Origin: Balanoglossus misakiensis
Taxonomy: Eukaryota > Animalia > Hemichordata
Direction of reading: 5' to 3'
Assembly: GCA_040954595.2 (NCBI GenBank)
Contig: CM082577.2
Span: 2,480,001-2,544,000, forward strand
DNA: 64,000 nt
In this document: positions 49,601 through 61,600 of the stretch, one piece after another
Position numbering within the stretch: the first letter of the stretch is position 1
How the letters are laid out: each line of letters begins with the position of its first letter
Program-made: the position numbers and the translations under genes
The notes under the pieces: generated by a model
What the model saw: only the letters and a program-made list of their open reading frames with translations
What the model was told of the DNA's origin: nothing
Databases searched by the model: none

Positions 49601-52600
49601 ACATTGCTGCTTGTTTCTGCCCAGTCGGCTGGTGTAAAGTGACCTATATCTCTACAAAAAGAGGTGAAAGCTTGCTGGGTTTATGGCTGGATGAGGGTAA
49701 CTAGGGTATCTTTTTATGAAATACACTCCAGTATTAATGGTGGAGGGTTTGGCAACTATTGTGACGGCCGACAGTCAACTGGTCAGTCTCGCCATGGGAT
49801 TAAGCACGTACATCTGCTGCTGATCCATTGTTGATTTTATTTAACCCTTTGATGTCATTGTTAAGGACACTTCTATGTGTTGAGCTTAGAAAAGCAGAGA
49901 TGAAGTATAACTTTCAAAGTAAAGAAAAAAAAATGGGGCAGAGTAGACTCGTTTACTTTTAAAAGTACCGTTCTTGAGTTTGACTTCAGCATCAAGTAGT
50001 GGTGATACTCTAGCTTCCAACTTTAAAAGCTCACCTCCTAAGATATTGTCGGCCCTCAAAAAAACTCTTTTAACATCAACACCGACCCTATTGTTTTCAA
50101 AGACATGGCCAGACCTAAATGTAAGATGTTACAAGAACAAAGTTTCGGCTGACATCATATTTAGCTACTTTAACCCTATTTATTCATGTTTTCTGCGTAC
50201 TGGAAAATGCTGACTCACTAATTGTTTGAGAATTTTGAAAGTTGGACTCCGAAGTGTACAAAAGCGAACTTCGTTTTCTGTTGTATTGACAAGTAAGTAT
50301 GAGCACCATCAGCTGATTGATTGGTTGGTATTGACCTGTGACCCCATTGGGCTGAAGTTCAAGTCAAAGGGCCTTTCACTTTACAAACTTGGGTCACTCA
50401 GTGTCAGTTTGGTTTACGGGAGAAAGCAACAACATTTATTCAGACAACTCAGTGCTCAAGGGAGCAGACTTTGAGCAAGGAAAGTGGTTTTGAAGAGAAT
50501 GATGTCTACGTCGGCCAGGTGTTGCTTGTCTTCTGTGGGCTTGTTTTGACATTACATGTACTTTGGATGGGTGTTCTGCTGTAGAGAAAACAAGCCTGTC
50601 CCAGCTGAAGACAAGGGATCCATCTCGTGGTGCTTTCGCTAATCTAGGGGGTTTGAATAAAATTGAGAGAATCTGGGGGTGTACGGCGCGATTGATCACA
50701 GTTGGTTGAAAAAAAAGAACACTTTTGCACAACACAATCAATATTGATGCACATAAACAGGTGTAGACAGCAGACAGTATTTTGCGTGAAAGCTGTAGAT
50801 ACAAACAGGAGATGTTCAAACCGTAATGCTTTTAATACGGTTGTAATCGTACAGTGTAAACACTAGGCTGATGATTTCCCAAGCCATTTCTCGAATTGAA
50901 ATCTGTGAGATGTCTCTTTATTGAAAGGCATTTAATTAAAACGGGAGGTATGGGACTGGGTAGGCTTATTTCATTTTGAAAGTCCAGATCCACACAAACT
51001 GGGCGTCTGAAATCAAATCAGTAGAAACTTTCAGTAGAAACTCGTGGGTTGGCTAGGTGCATGATGACATTGTCAAGTCTACCGTGTGGTGTTGAAGTAC
51101 CGTGATGCACCGATTCTGTGTGTCTTGATATCTAGGCCAGTTGGTGAAATGCTGTATCACTCACTATCAGGATCGAAGCGTCTGCCTAATTTCGCCAGAC
51201 ATTGTAGGCTCGCATTGGTGAGGTTAATGAAATGTCACGAGGAAAAAAAAAAGATGTAGGCCGGGTCATCAAGTTTTGGAGATTTTGATCGCTATGGCGA
51301 TGGGATAGACTGGACCAGTGTACAAAGCATGTGTTTTTGATGAGAGAATGTGGATGAGTTGGAGATTACAGTTTCAAGAAAGGCACTGATAGTATGCAAT
51401 CAGCCATGACTTTTGGTAATTTTCCCCCATATAGTGAATCTACTAGCTTCTTTTTCATACCCCTAAAGCATAATGAAATACTTTTACTCAGTACATAGCT
51501 AATCAAGCAAGCCTACATATTAGTATAGTCAGCATAATCGTTGAAAACTGGTAGTCCTTGCCCTAGGTGTACATGTCATTAGTCAATGAAAATAATTAAC
51601 TATTAAAAAAAGTCAAAAGCTTTCAGTCCTAATCCAATACAGATCTTAGTTTGGACAAAGTGGACAGTCAGTGGGTGCAATTTATTTTGAAAGTTGCCTC
51701 CCATTCAATACTGCTGAACGGGTACTTGTTATCGAATTAAGGTTGAGTGATTGATGAACTGGAGATGCACAGTTTTGTAAACACCTATTGACAGTAAAGA
51801 CAACCCAAACTGAACTGTTAGTCGCAAGGGATAAACAGCCTACATGTATATTCACTTCAGCTGTCGGTTGCTTCCCTCTCTCTAGCTTAATACTGTGAAA
51901 CAGTTTCCCCCAAAAAATCTTTCAGATTCTTTGCCATATGGTTTTATACTGTGAAGGAGCTAGGATGTTAACTGTCTCCATCAAGTGAGATTCCATTGTG
52001 ACAAAGTCCTCAAAGTCCTCAAAATTTAGGTGAAAAAAAACACATTGTTTCATTGCCGTGGCAACCAACAGAAACCAGCAGAGTACCACCAAGTGCCCTG
52101 TGGTGAATACCACGAGTGGGCTGCATGGTCGATAGGGGAACAAGGGTCACCGAATTTGCGATGTTAGATAATTTGTTAAAGATTTGGGCTTAAGAATCAC
52201 TATCTCTGAAACTGGCACCTTTATCAGTTTGCTGCCTTGGTGGCGTGATACTAAAAAAGGTGTTTTTTTTGTGGTAGGAAGGGCCGTCGAGATTTGGAAC
52301 GTAGATTAATTTGAATGACCAAGGATTTTACCAGGAATTCTGTGATTATGAGATGGTTGGGTTTCCAGAAGGTTAAAGTTTAAAATGCATTCACACCTTT
52401 TCAGAAGTCAAGCTTTGGTTTTTAAATCACACTTTTCTACAACATTATAATCAGTCATTCCAGCTTTGACAAAAACTCACTGTTTTTTTCCTCTGTTTAT
52501 TTTCAGAATTTTTAGTTCAAATAATATTTCAAGCATCGCAGCTAATTCCTTCCAAGCTTTTCCAAATCTTGAATTCCTGTAAGTATATTTTCCTGCACTT

Positions 52601-55600
52601 TTATCAATTTATATGATGTATGTGTAAAAGTAAATGTCAGTTTGGAACTATAGCAGGTTGCAGCAGCTTCTGCTAGTTTCTTGTATTTCCTGTGTTTTAT
52701 TTGTCATTTTGTGGTCACAAATACTGAAATAGCACCTGAGAGTTGCGTGGGTGAAGATTCATTTCGATACCAACTATCACGGCACGGCTAGTTTGGCGTG
52801 AACCCTGTCAAAAGACCTACTTACAAACCCAGTGACTGAAAAAAAAAGTGCAGGAAAAAGAACATCAACTGTTATTGCCGGTGGCCTCCAGTCACTGTTG
52901 GGTGTGGTCTTTTGGGAGGGGGCTGCTGAATTTGGTCATGGTTATTGAACCAGACAGCGATGAATGGAACCAGGAATTTTGCCGGGGTTGGATTGACTGC
53001 GCTTCTTACACATGATTTATTCTGTTGTCCACGTTTGACAATCTTCTGAAATTTGTTGGTTCTTGACAGTCTATAAGAGAGAGGTTTCAATCTCTCCAGA
53101 ATGAGAAGAAAATAACGCTAACGGAAAGACTGAGAACTTTAAACTGATATAGTCACTGTATTCAGACATTCGAGTTTCATTATTGGTGTTCGTGTGGCAA
53201 TTTTATGCAAAATAATTAGTCACGGTGTTGGTATGTTCAAAAAATGTTGTTGGCAAAGTATGTTTATAGTCACTGAGACAGGATGTGTGACTAAGAGTTC
53301 GAAAAACTGGAAACTTTGATATTCCAATAAAAAAGTGATTTGACCCTTTTATCCTTTGTTGTTTGTTCAGTGATTCTATTTGATTGAATGATTTGACATG
53401 TGTATTTTTTTCTCTTTGATTTTTCTGTTCCCTGCAGAACGCTTGAAAGTAATCAGCTGACCAGCCTACCAGCAGAATGTTTAGACACACTGACGAAACT
53501 CCAGATTCTGTAAGTATCTGCTGTCCATGTGCTGGCTATCTGCCCATCCGCAGCCCATCCGCAGTCCCCAGATGATAGCTAAATATTTAGAAACAACGAT
53601 AATGACCCATTACCCCTAACCTTGCATTGTGAATTTCACCATTCTGTCACCAACCAAGTTTATTTTGTTTACTGTGTAGGGTGTTAGGTCAGTTTATGTT
53701 TCAACTGTTGAAATCAATGAAAACAGAGATATTTTGTGTAACCTATGACAGCTGGGTTCAGCAAATGAAAGCAATAAAGACAATAGGGAGAAACCAGGGT
53801 GAAAGGTATCGCACATGGACGCCTTTTGATGGGAAATGACCATAGCAATAAACCTGCTGCTACATAATTGTTTTCCATTTGACGTATTCCATTGTGTTGG
53901 TAACAGTGATGCATGTAGCAATTATGGTTAATCCTGGGTCAGCTGTACTACATGGTCTGGGAGACTAATGAGGTTATTCGACTTGACCTTGTGAAGATGC
54001 CAAGGTCACACACTGTCTGCAAAAAATTATATTTGAGTTAGAAACGCAGTTGGTCTGTCTAAAGTGTAAGCCCAGATAATCATGATTTCCACAGCTGTAC
54101 ATGACATACATATCACCAGGAAGAGTATACACACTGACTGAATTACTCTGTTGAAATCTGTGCACGAACATAAAAGTTCTGCACTGGTACGTATTTGGAC
54201 CTACATCGTCGGAAAAACAACTCAAAGAGCTGGGTTTATCTCATCCTGTCATGAAATGTCTGTGCTGCTAGTCGTTGCTTGGCTGCAAAATGAGGTCAAC
54301 AATTATAAATCTTGAGACAATTACAAATTTATGTTCAGAATGATCATAGTTGTGGATTATGGTGACCCTGTGTCCACATATCGGCCAATCAATACTTCAG
54401 TGGGTCAGATAAGCTGTATTGTCGATGATATATTTTATTGGTTTTTGACTGCGTAAAATATTGTGGCAGCCATACTCCCCCATGTCAACTCCAAAATAGA
54501 CTTTGGAATGTCTATCCATATAAATGTGCTTCGCAGCCCCCCCAATCGTAACCTCCACTCCAAAGGATTAAGAAAACAACTACTGCAATGAATACAGTCA
54601 TAATATTCAAACAAATCTGGTGCAATTCTCGTAACCAGTATCCAAACATAGATGTTTTTTTCCTCACAGAACTCCGACCGTCAGATTCTGTGAAATCTGA
54701 GTTGCCGAGCCTACATGTTGGTTAAAATTCACATTTGTTCTTAGAAATGCTCTCGTACAAAGAATACAATCGTTGGGTTGCTAGGGTAGACATCCAGTCT
54801 GAATGTCTACAATCGAAAGACAGTACTTAGGTGCTAACAGATTACAGGGAACAGCCCTCAAAGAATTAGAAGTCTCTTCTGTCCAGACTGTCGCCAGATT
54901 CTATCCACCCGTTAGCCTAGGGCTCAAACTGTAATGTTCAAATAGCTGTGTTACCAGAGACTGAGAGAGTTTCAACTCCAGCTGTACTTGGGTATACAAC
55001 TGCACAGAGTGACCTAAGTTTGTGGGTCATCGCAGTGGGTCTTCCATCATCGAATCTTCACAAACTTCAATTGGGTCGATTGGAGCCTACTGTAATTTAG
55101 GAAGAGAAAGCTCTGTCAGGGTATCATTTGGTCAGCGATTGATGTTGATCGACCTTCATTAAAAGCCCATATTCTGAAATCCAAACATCCAAATGTTAAC
55201 TGGTAATTGTTTGGTATCAGAGGACTGGGATATTCAAGGTTCAAATTCTGTATAATTGTTTGAATTCTGATACTGATAGTAAACTTTTTTGAAACACAGT
55301 TGACCTCCTCTTCAACCCCTGGTGGAAGGGTTGTGTAAAAACTTGTGGTAGGGAAAGGAAATTTATGCACTGTCAGCAAGCATAGGTGAAGTACATGTAC
55401 TTGCAAATTTGTCGAAAACATTTGAAGTAGCACACATGCACAGAGACTGATAGAAAATTTCCAAATCTAAACATGGAGACAAGTTTTTGGTGGCACCGAC
55501 TTGATGTTTATGCCTACAAATCTAGACTTTGAGGTCGTGTTTAGTGAAAAGTGTCAAACAAGGTTTGACAGCATGCAGAAACGATGTCATCAAACATCCA

Positions 55601-58600
55601 TGGTGACGATCTTGAAGTTCAAGATGTACCGAATAACACCATCAAGCATCTTTAGATTTTGTTTGGACCTTGTTTAAATTTTTTGAATAAATACACTGTA
55701 CTAAAGTTCTATGTCAACTATGCCATTAATGTTGAAAATGTAATTTTGTTTTGCTTTGCGATATTCAGTTTTGTGGGTCACACTTTTAGTAAAGTAGTGG
55801 GACTGTCACTCAGAATTACAAGTAGTTTTCTCTCCTACAATACCACAGCTCAACAGAGCCGAGGCATTACTGGAGAAAAATATAGTTCCAACCTGTCTAT
55901 TTGGGTTGGAAAACTTAGTTCGGATCTGTGCTGTAGGTACAGAATAAACCGGCGAAGTTTGACCCTTGACAGACCTCAGAGAATGTTGCTGTGGGACCTT
56001 CTGTCATTCGGAAGCGGCTAAAGAAATACTCGGAAAAACAATACTCCATAATCCTCTCATATATCCCATGATGCCATGCTTCTCTCAGAGTACACAATTG
56101 TCTTGCTAGTACTGAGAGATTTCTTTAGAATTGCTTGGCGTTTCTTGTGGGTGTCCCAAAAGGGATAAAAAACAACAACAGGTTTTCTGCTCCATGGTGT
56201 GCACACTGCAATGGCAACTACAATAGAGTGAAATAGAGAGAAAATTTGCTCATCGTTAACTGTGAGAATTACACTCAGTAGAAACACACTTTCCTTTCTG
56301 TCTTGTTTCTAAAGTGTCACATCGGACCATAGTGGGGTCCATTCTAAAGAAATGTATACACACGAGAAATATCTCATGCAAAGATATAGGAGAGTGATGA
56401 GCCTGTTTATCAGTTCTCTGTCCCCCGATTCTGATGGGTTCACCGATTGAAAGGGACGGATTATTTAGGGTCACTACAAGCTGCCATGAAGGCCTTTGCC
56501 GCGTCAAAAGCATTCAGCGATTCTAAAGAGACACTGACTCACTCGGTGTATAGTTCTATTGAAAGTGGCAGGACAAAAAAACCTGAGAAAAGTCATCCCG
56601 ACTTTTTTTTTCTTGCAAAAGTCAGTGTCCCGGTTTCACCCAACTGGCTGTGAATAGGTACTGCAGGTATACATGAAGGGAAACTGACCAGGACGGGTGC
56701 ACAGACAGAATAGAACAGTGCTGGGAGTTTTATGCATTAGGAGTCCTGTTTTTATATGTCTGCTTTATGTTTTCCGTGTTGGTACCGTGCAACATGTGTA
56801 TAAACTCCTCCGGTCAACAACCCCCTTCTCCAAATAATTGAAGCCCCTTCCTATCAGGCTACTAACCATATGGGCAATGCAGCTGTTGTCCATCAGCCAC
56901 AGATGTTTTTGTTCACTGATGTGATTCTGATTTGCAGCTTTACCCCCTTTTCTGGCCAAATGACATCAGAGGCTGTGACTTTGGATTTCACCCGTACATG
57001 CATTTTCCATGATTTCGGCATTTTGTGTAGTTTTCTGTCCACTGTGATTACAGACATGATACTATCGCCCGGGTTTGTCAGATGTTTTTAAAAAACTGAA
57101 TAAATCACTGACCCTTCCCCCACCCCTCCCCTGACACTTTGAGCCCTGAAGAGGAACTAAAACTTGACTCAAGTTTAACTTTACCACCAATCCAAATCAG
57201 GTGGTACATGTATGTTTGGTTATTCTGTTCAGCCATAACTGTTAGTGATATCCTTAGTAACTGGGTTTATCTAGTCTTGATAAAATATTCAGTACATAAT
57301 ACAATAATCGATAGCCATTATCATCCACCAGTCATGTCTGTATTATAAACATTTTACTGATGTGTGTGTTGCATGGATTTGCCATGTGGTTAGCCTGTAC
57401 TTAACTTCTTTTCTCTACAAGACATGTCTTCTTCAATTTATAGCTCGTGTCATGGTGCATCGGAAAAGCCAACATAATTCATATCTGTCATGACCGTCTA
57501 TATATCACTTTCTCTCTTCTCCTTCACAGGGATTTGAGCAACAATTTACTAACTTCTTTAGATGTAAATATTTTTCAAGAACTGACGTCCTTGGAGGAAA
57601 TGTAAGTACATGGGAATATGACCTTTAAAAAAATCAGGTTACCGTCCGAGGGGTCACCTTGTCTGGTTTCTATTAAAACTGGATCCACTACATCAATGTC
57701 AAGGTTGAAGTAATTGTTGATGACACGGCCATATGAGGTTCATTGCCCAGGCATGAAAATCGGCTCTCGTTGAAAACTGGGTCAGTGAAGTCCTACAAAA
57801 GACTCGTCCCTATTTTTCGGTGTTTAGGTCCAGTGTAGGAATAGACCGAGGTTTTATGGGTGGCACTGGGGTCATGGTCTCACGCGTTTTGGGTCATACT
57901 GAAATGTTCTCATTGATGAAGTAGGAAAAATTGATTCAAGTACAGTGAGATTTATGTGCTGAGTCAGTAACTGCAAAGATTGGACTTTTTAGCTGTAATA
58001 AATTTGACATGCTGTACAGGTCATGGAGCACTCCTTTGTGACCGTGAGTGGTCAACTTTTTACCCACAGTGCAACACCAGTACTTTCGTCTCACAAGAGT
58101 TTTGTGTGCTGTGCACCAGAAAGGAAAAGATATTTAAGTTAAAAAAAAAGTGGGTGAAAAGGCGCCAGAGATAGGAAACTATATAGCTTTATGAAAGCAT
58201 TTATAGTTATCATCAAAAGTACACTGCCAGAATTGTTTTGAGAACTCGGTCAACAGTTCGTAGATTAATAGTAACAAAAATGTCTTGGTCATCTGCTTGT
58301 TGTCAAGGGAACAGGTGCTGTGTAGTAGGCGGAGGATGGAGTGTTTGTCAGTCCAGTTTTTGCTCACTTTATCCTTAAAAAAATATGTATTTTTTCAGTA
58401 GCAGCTATTGGAAGTGATTAGAACACTATTTGTGGTGAATTTCCACTTTTTTTTCTGTAGATAAACACCCCTTGAATATACGTTGGTCTGTCCCTTAATG
58501 TGCCATCTTTGTGGGTGCATGACTGAAGGTTTAATTGTTTGTATGTCATCACTTGATGATAAAAACAAAAGTATCGTTTCCAAACACCATGCAAGAATGC

Positions 58601-61600
58601 TTTCTGGTTCATTGAACATGCTTCACAGTTCATGCAGTGTCTTGTGTGCACGTAAAGGTTTGTAATGGTGAGAGGGGGTGGGCAGAGAGAGGGGGAGGAG
58701 GGAGGGGGGGGGGAAGAGTGGGAGAGAGGGGAAAGAGATGGATAGGGGAGACAGATTATTGTGGGTTGTGGATTGGAGTAGGGAAAAAGACAATGCAATG
58801 CAGAGTGTTTTCATGTGTCATACTAATCATTCTTGAGAAAAAGATGGCTGAACAAATTCTGACAAAATTTCTAAAAGACCTTTGTAGACTTGAAAAAATG
58901 TGTAGCTCTCTGTGAAAGGAATCGTTTCCACAAAAAGTACTCAAAGATGAGTAAAACTGCTGTTGTTCTCGTGTTTTTCTGCTGTACAGATACCTCCAGG
59001 GTAATTTGCTTAGTCATTTAGCAGATGGTTTATTTGCTGGTCGGACTTCCATCAATAAACTGTAAGTGACTTTAGTTTCATCTACTTGTGACCTTTAACC
59101 TGTCCTATCAACACTCCCTGATTTAATGTATCTGTGCACGTCTGCCATTGCAGCTAGCCAGCGTTCATGGTTTGTTTCAGAGTGTGGTTAATTGTCTTCT
59201 AATTAAAAGCCAAAAATATTAGGCTTTTCTCTCTCTCACCTTGAATAATCTGTATGTAATAGGTTACAAGACCTTTTGGTAAGGCCTTGAGTAGACAAAA
59301 ATTATTGAATTTGCAGTTCTGAAAAAAACACAATAAATTTAAAGAAACATAATACAGTCTAACATTTTATTGTTTTCTTCTTTCACAGAAATTTGAATGG
59401 CAATGAGATTTCTTTTCTTCAAGATAATATATTTACAGGCCTAGACAATCTAGAGATATTGTAAGTTCATTTTTAGTACTTTTTCATACTGATTCACAGA
59501 ACCCATTTTCTGTTAATTTCAGTTGCTTGTGATCTGATCTTGCATGGTGGGATCTTGTCTTTATGGTTTCATATTCTTTTTCATTTCATATTCTGCGATC
59601 TCTATTCTTGATACTACACGAGTAAACATTTTTGCAGCCTGCATGACTGAGAACTGATGTTGTTTTTATCTGATTTTTTTTACAGAGACCTCAGTGGCAA
59701 TCAACTCACAACACTTTCTGAAAACACCTTCACCAGTTTGCCCCAGTTGAATAATGTGTAAGTAAATGTCTAAAGACAGAAGAATTCCATTCAACTTTAA
59801 GACGTCCCCCTCCCATCAGAGGTCTGTTCACTGATTTGAATAGGTTCCCTTTAATACTTTGAAATTTGGGTTTTGAGTAAATTTTAAATTGATCTATCTG
59901 TAGTGGACTGATGAAAAAAAATTCATTTGAATTTTCACAGATCCTTAGGAAATAATCTGTATCTTTGTGACTGTAATCTGCTTGGCTTAAAACACTGGAT
60001 CAGTGGCTTTTCTGGATCTATCGATGCAGCTGACATCACTTGTGATGAACCCTACTACTACAATGGACAGCAAGTTGTGCAACTCACAGACCAAGACTTT
60101 GTCTGTTGTAAGTTTAGCCTTTCTGGGGAAGTGCGCCCTTTATGGCATATCTTGTATCATGACCTGTTTTTGTTTTTTTGAAACTTTGATGACAGTTTCA
60201 TCAGTATGCTGACTGTTGATGTAGTTACATGCAGCAAGCATTAAACATGTATTGTGGGAATGTAAACTAGCTGACTGCTGTACACATGTATATCATATTG
60301 TTTTAAATGTGTTAAGTCGTAAAATCTTCAAAAATTCTTGCAAATGCATACATCATTTTTGGGTAGTTTATTAAAAGCTTATCATACTGTTCGAATATTG
60401 AGTTGGCAGATACCAAATTTGCAGGTAAATAACACTTTTTCTATATAAATACTACATTTGTATCAACAAAACTTTTTTGCGCTTTTATTCTCAGTTTCCG
60501 GTTATGTTTACTGCGAGAAGACAGGGAACAGCAGCATTGTTATATTCTATGATTATCAGAATAACACTGTGAATTTTACACAAAATGTGTGCAATGAGAA
60601 CTGCTTTTATCTGGGCTACCCTTATGCAGCAGTCAACGACAAATTAAATTGTTTGTGTGGCCACGTGCAAGCGGACCACTCCAGCCCTACATGTGGAAGC
60701 TCATGTTCCGACCCCACTCTATCCGTGGATTGCCAGCGTTACGTGCTGCAGGACGGCTTTGCTGCAGACGCCGGTATTGCGTTCGTGAACGTCGTCAGCA
60801 GCTACGATTACCAGTCCCCCGTGTCTCTGACTGTCAGCACTGCGGCACCCGTTGAAGCGTACCAGTGGGACTTCGGTGACGGTTCGCCGTTACGGAACAC
60901 GTCGGAGAGGTCGGCCGATCACAAATACGCACTCCCGGGCGTCTATACAGTACTAGTGACGGTGTTTCTTCGTGAGATCAGCGACAGCTTGAGCCAGGCT
61001 GTAGTTGTTGGAAGTCGGATACTTGGAAGTCAAAGTGGGATTGTCCTGGTTTGTCCGGCGAACGCTGCCACCCACACACAAGTCAACGTCTATCTGCAAC
61101 TGATCCAGGGAACGGACATCAACATCAACTGGCTCGACCCCCAAAATGCCAATAACACCAGTAAGCAGAATTCTAATCCTAAAAAACAATACATTTTGAC
61201 CAAACCATGGTGATTGTAAGGGTTAACGTTCAAAAACAGAAATTCATCACTTATTTTTTTCTTTCCTGGTGATTCTACTGTTTTTTGTTTTCTCGCCAGT
61301 TTTTTCAGAACACGTTGGTGATGTAGAAATGTCCAAGACTGGCATGTGTGCCTTTGACCATTATCCTTTCCAAGAATTGGTTGAGTCGTTACCCAGTTCT
61401 GCAACACCCAATCAGACCGTGGTTGCAGTGTCCCCGGGAATGTTCTTTGAGCACACTGGCTTGTTGGTTGGCTGGGAATTCATCAGTACGGGAAATTTGG
61501 ACAACGAGGAGCTACATCTGCAGGTGTACACCCCGGTCTGCCCGTCTGGACAAATTCTCATTCCTCCAGGTAGGATTGATATTTCATCAACTTTAGCGGC

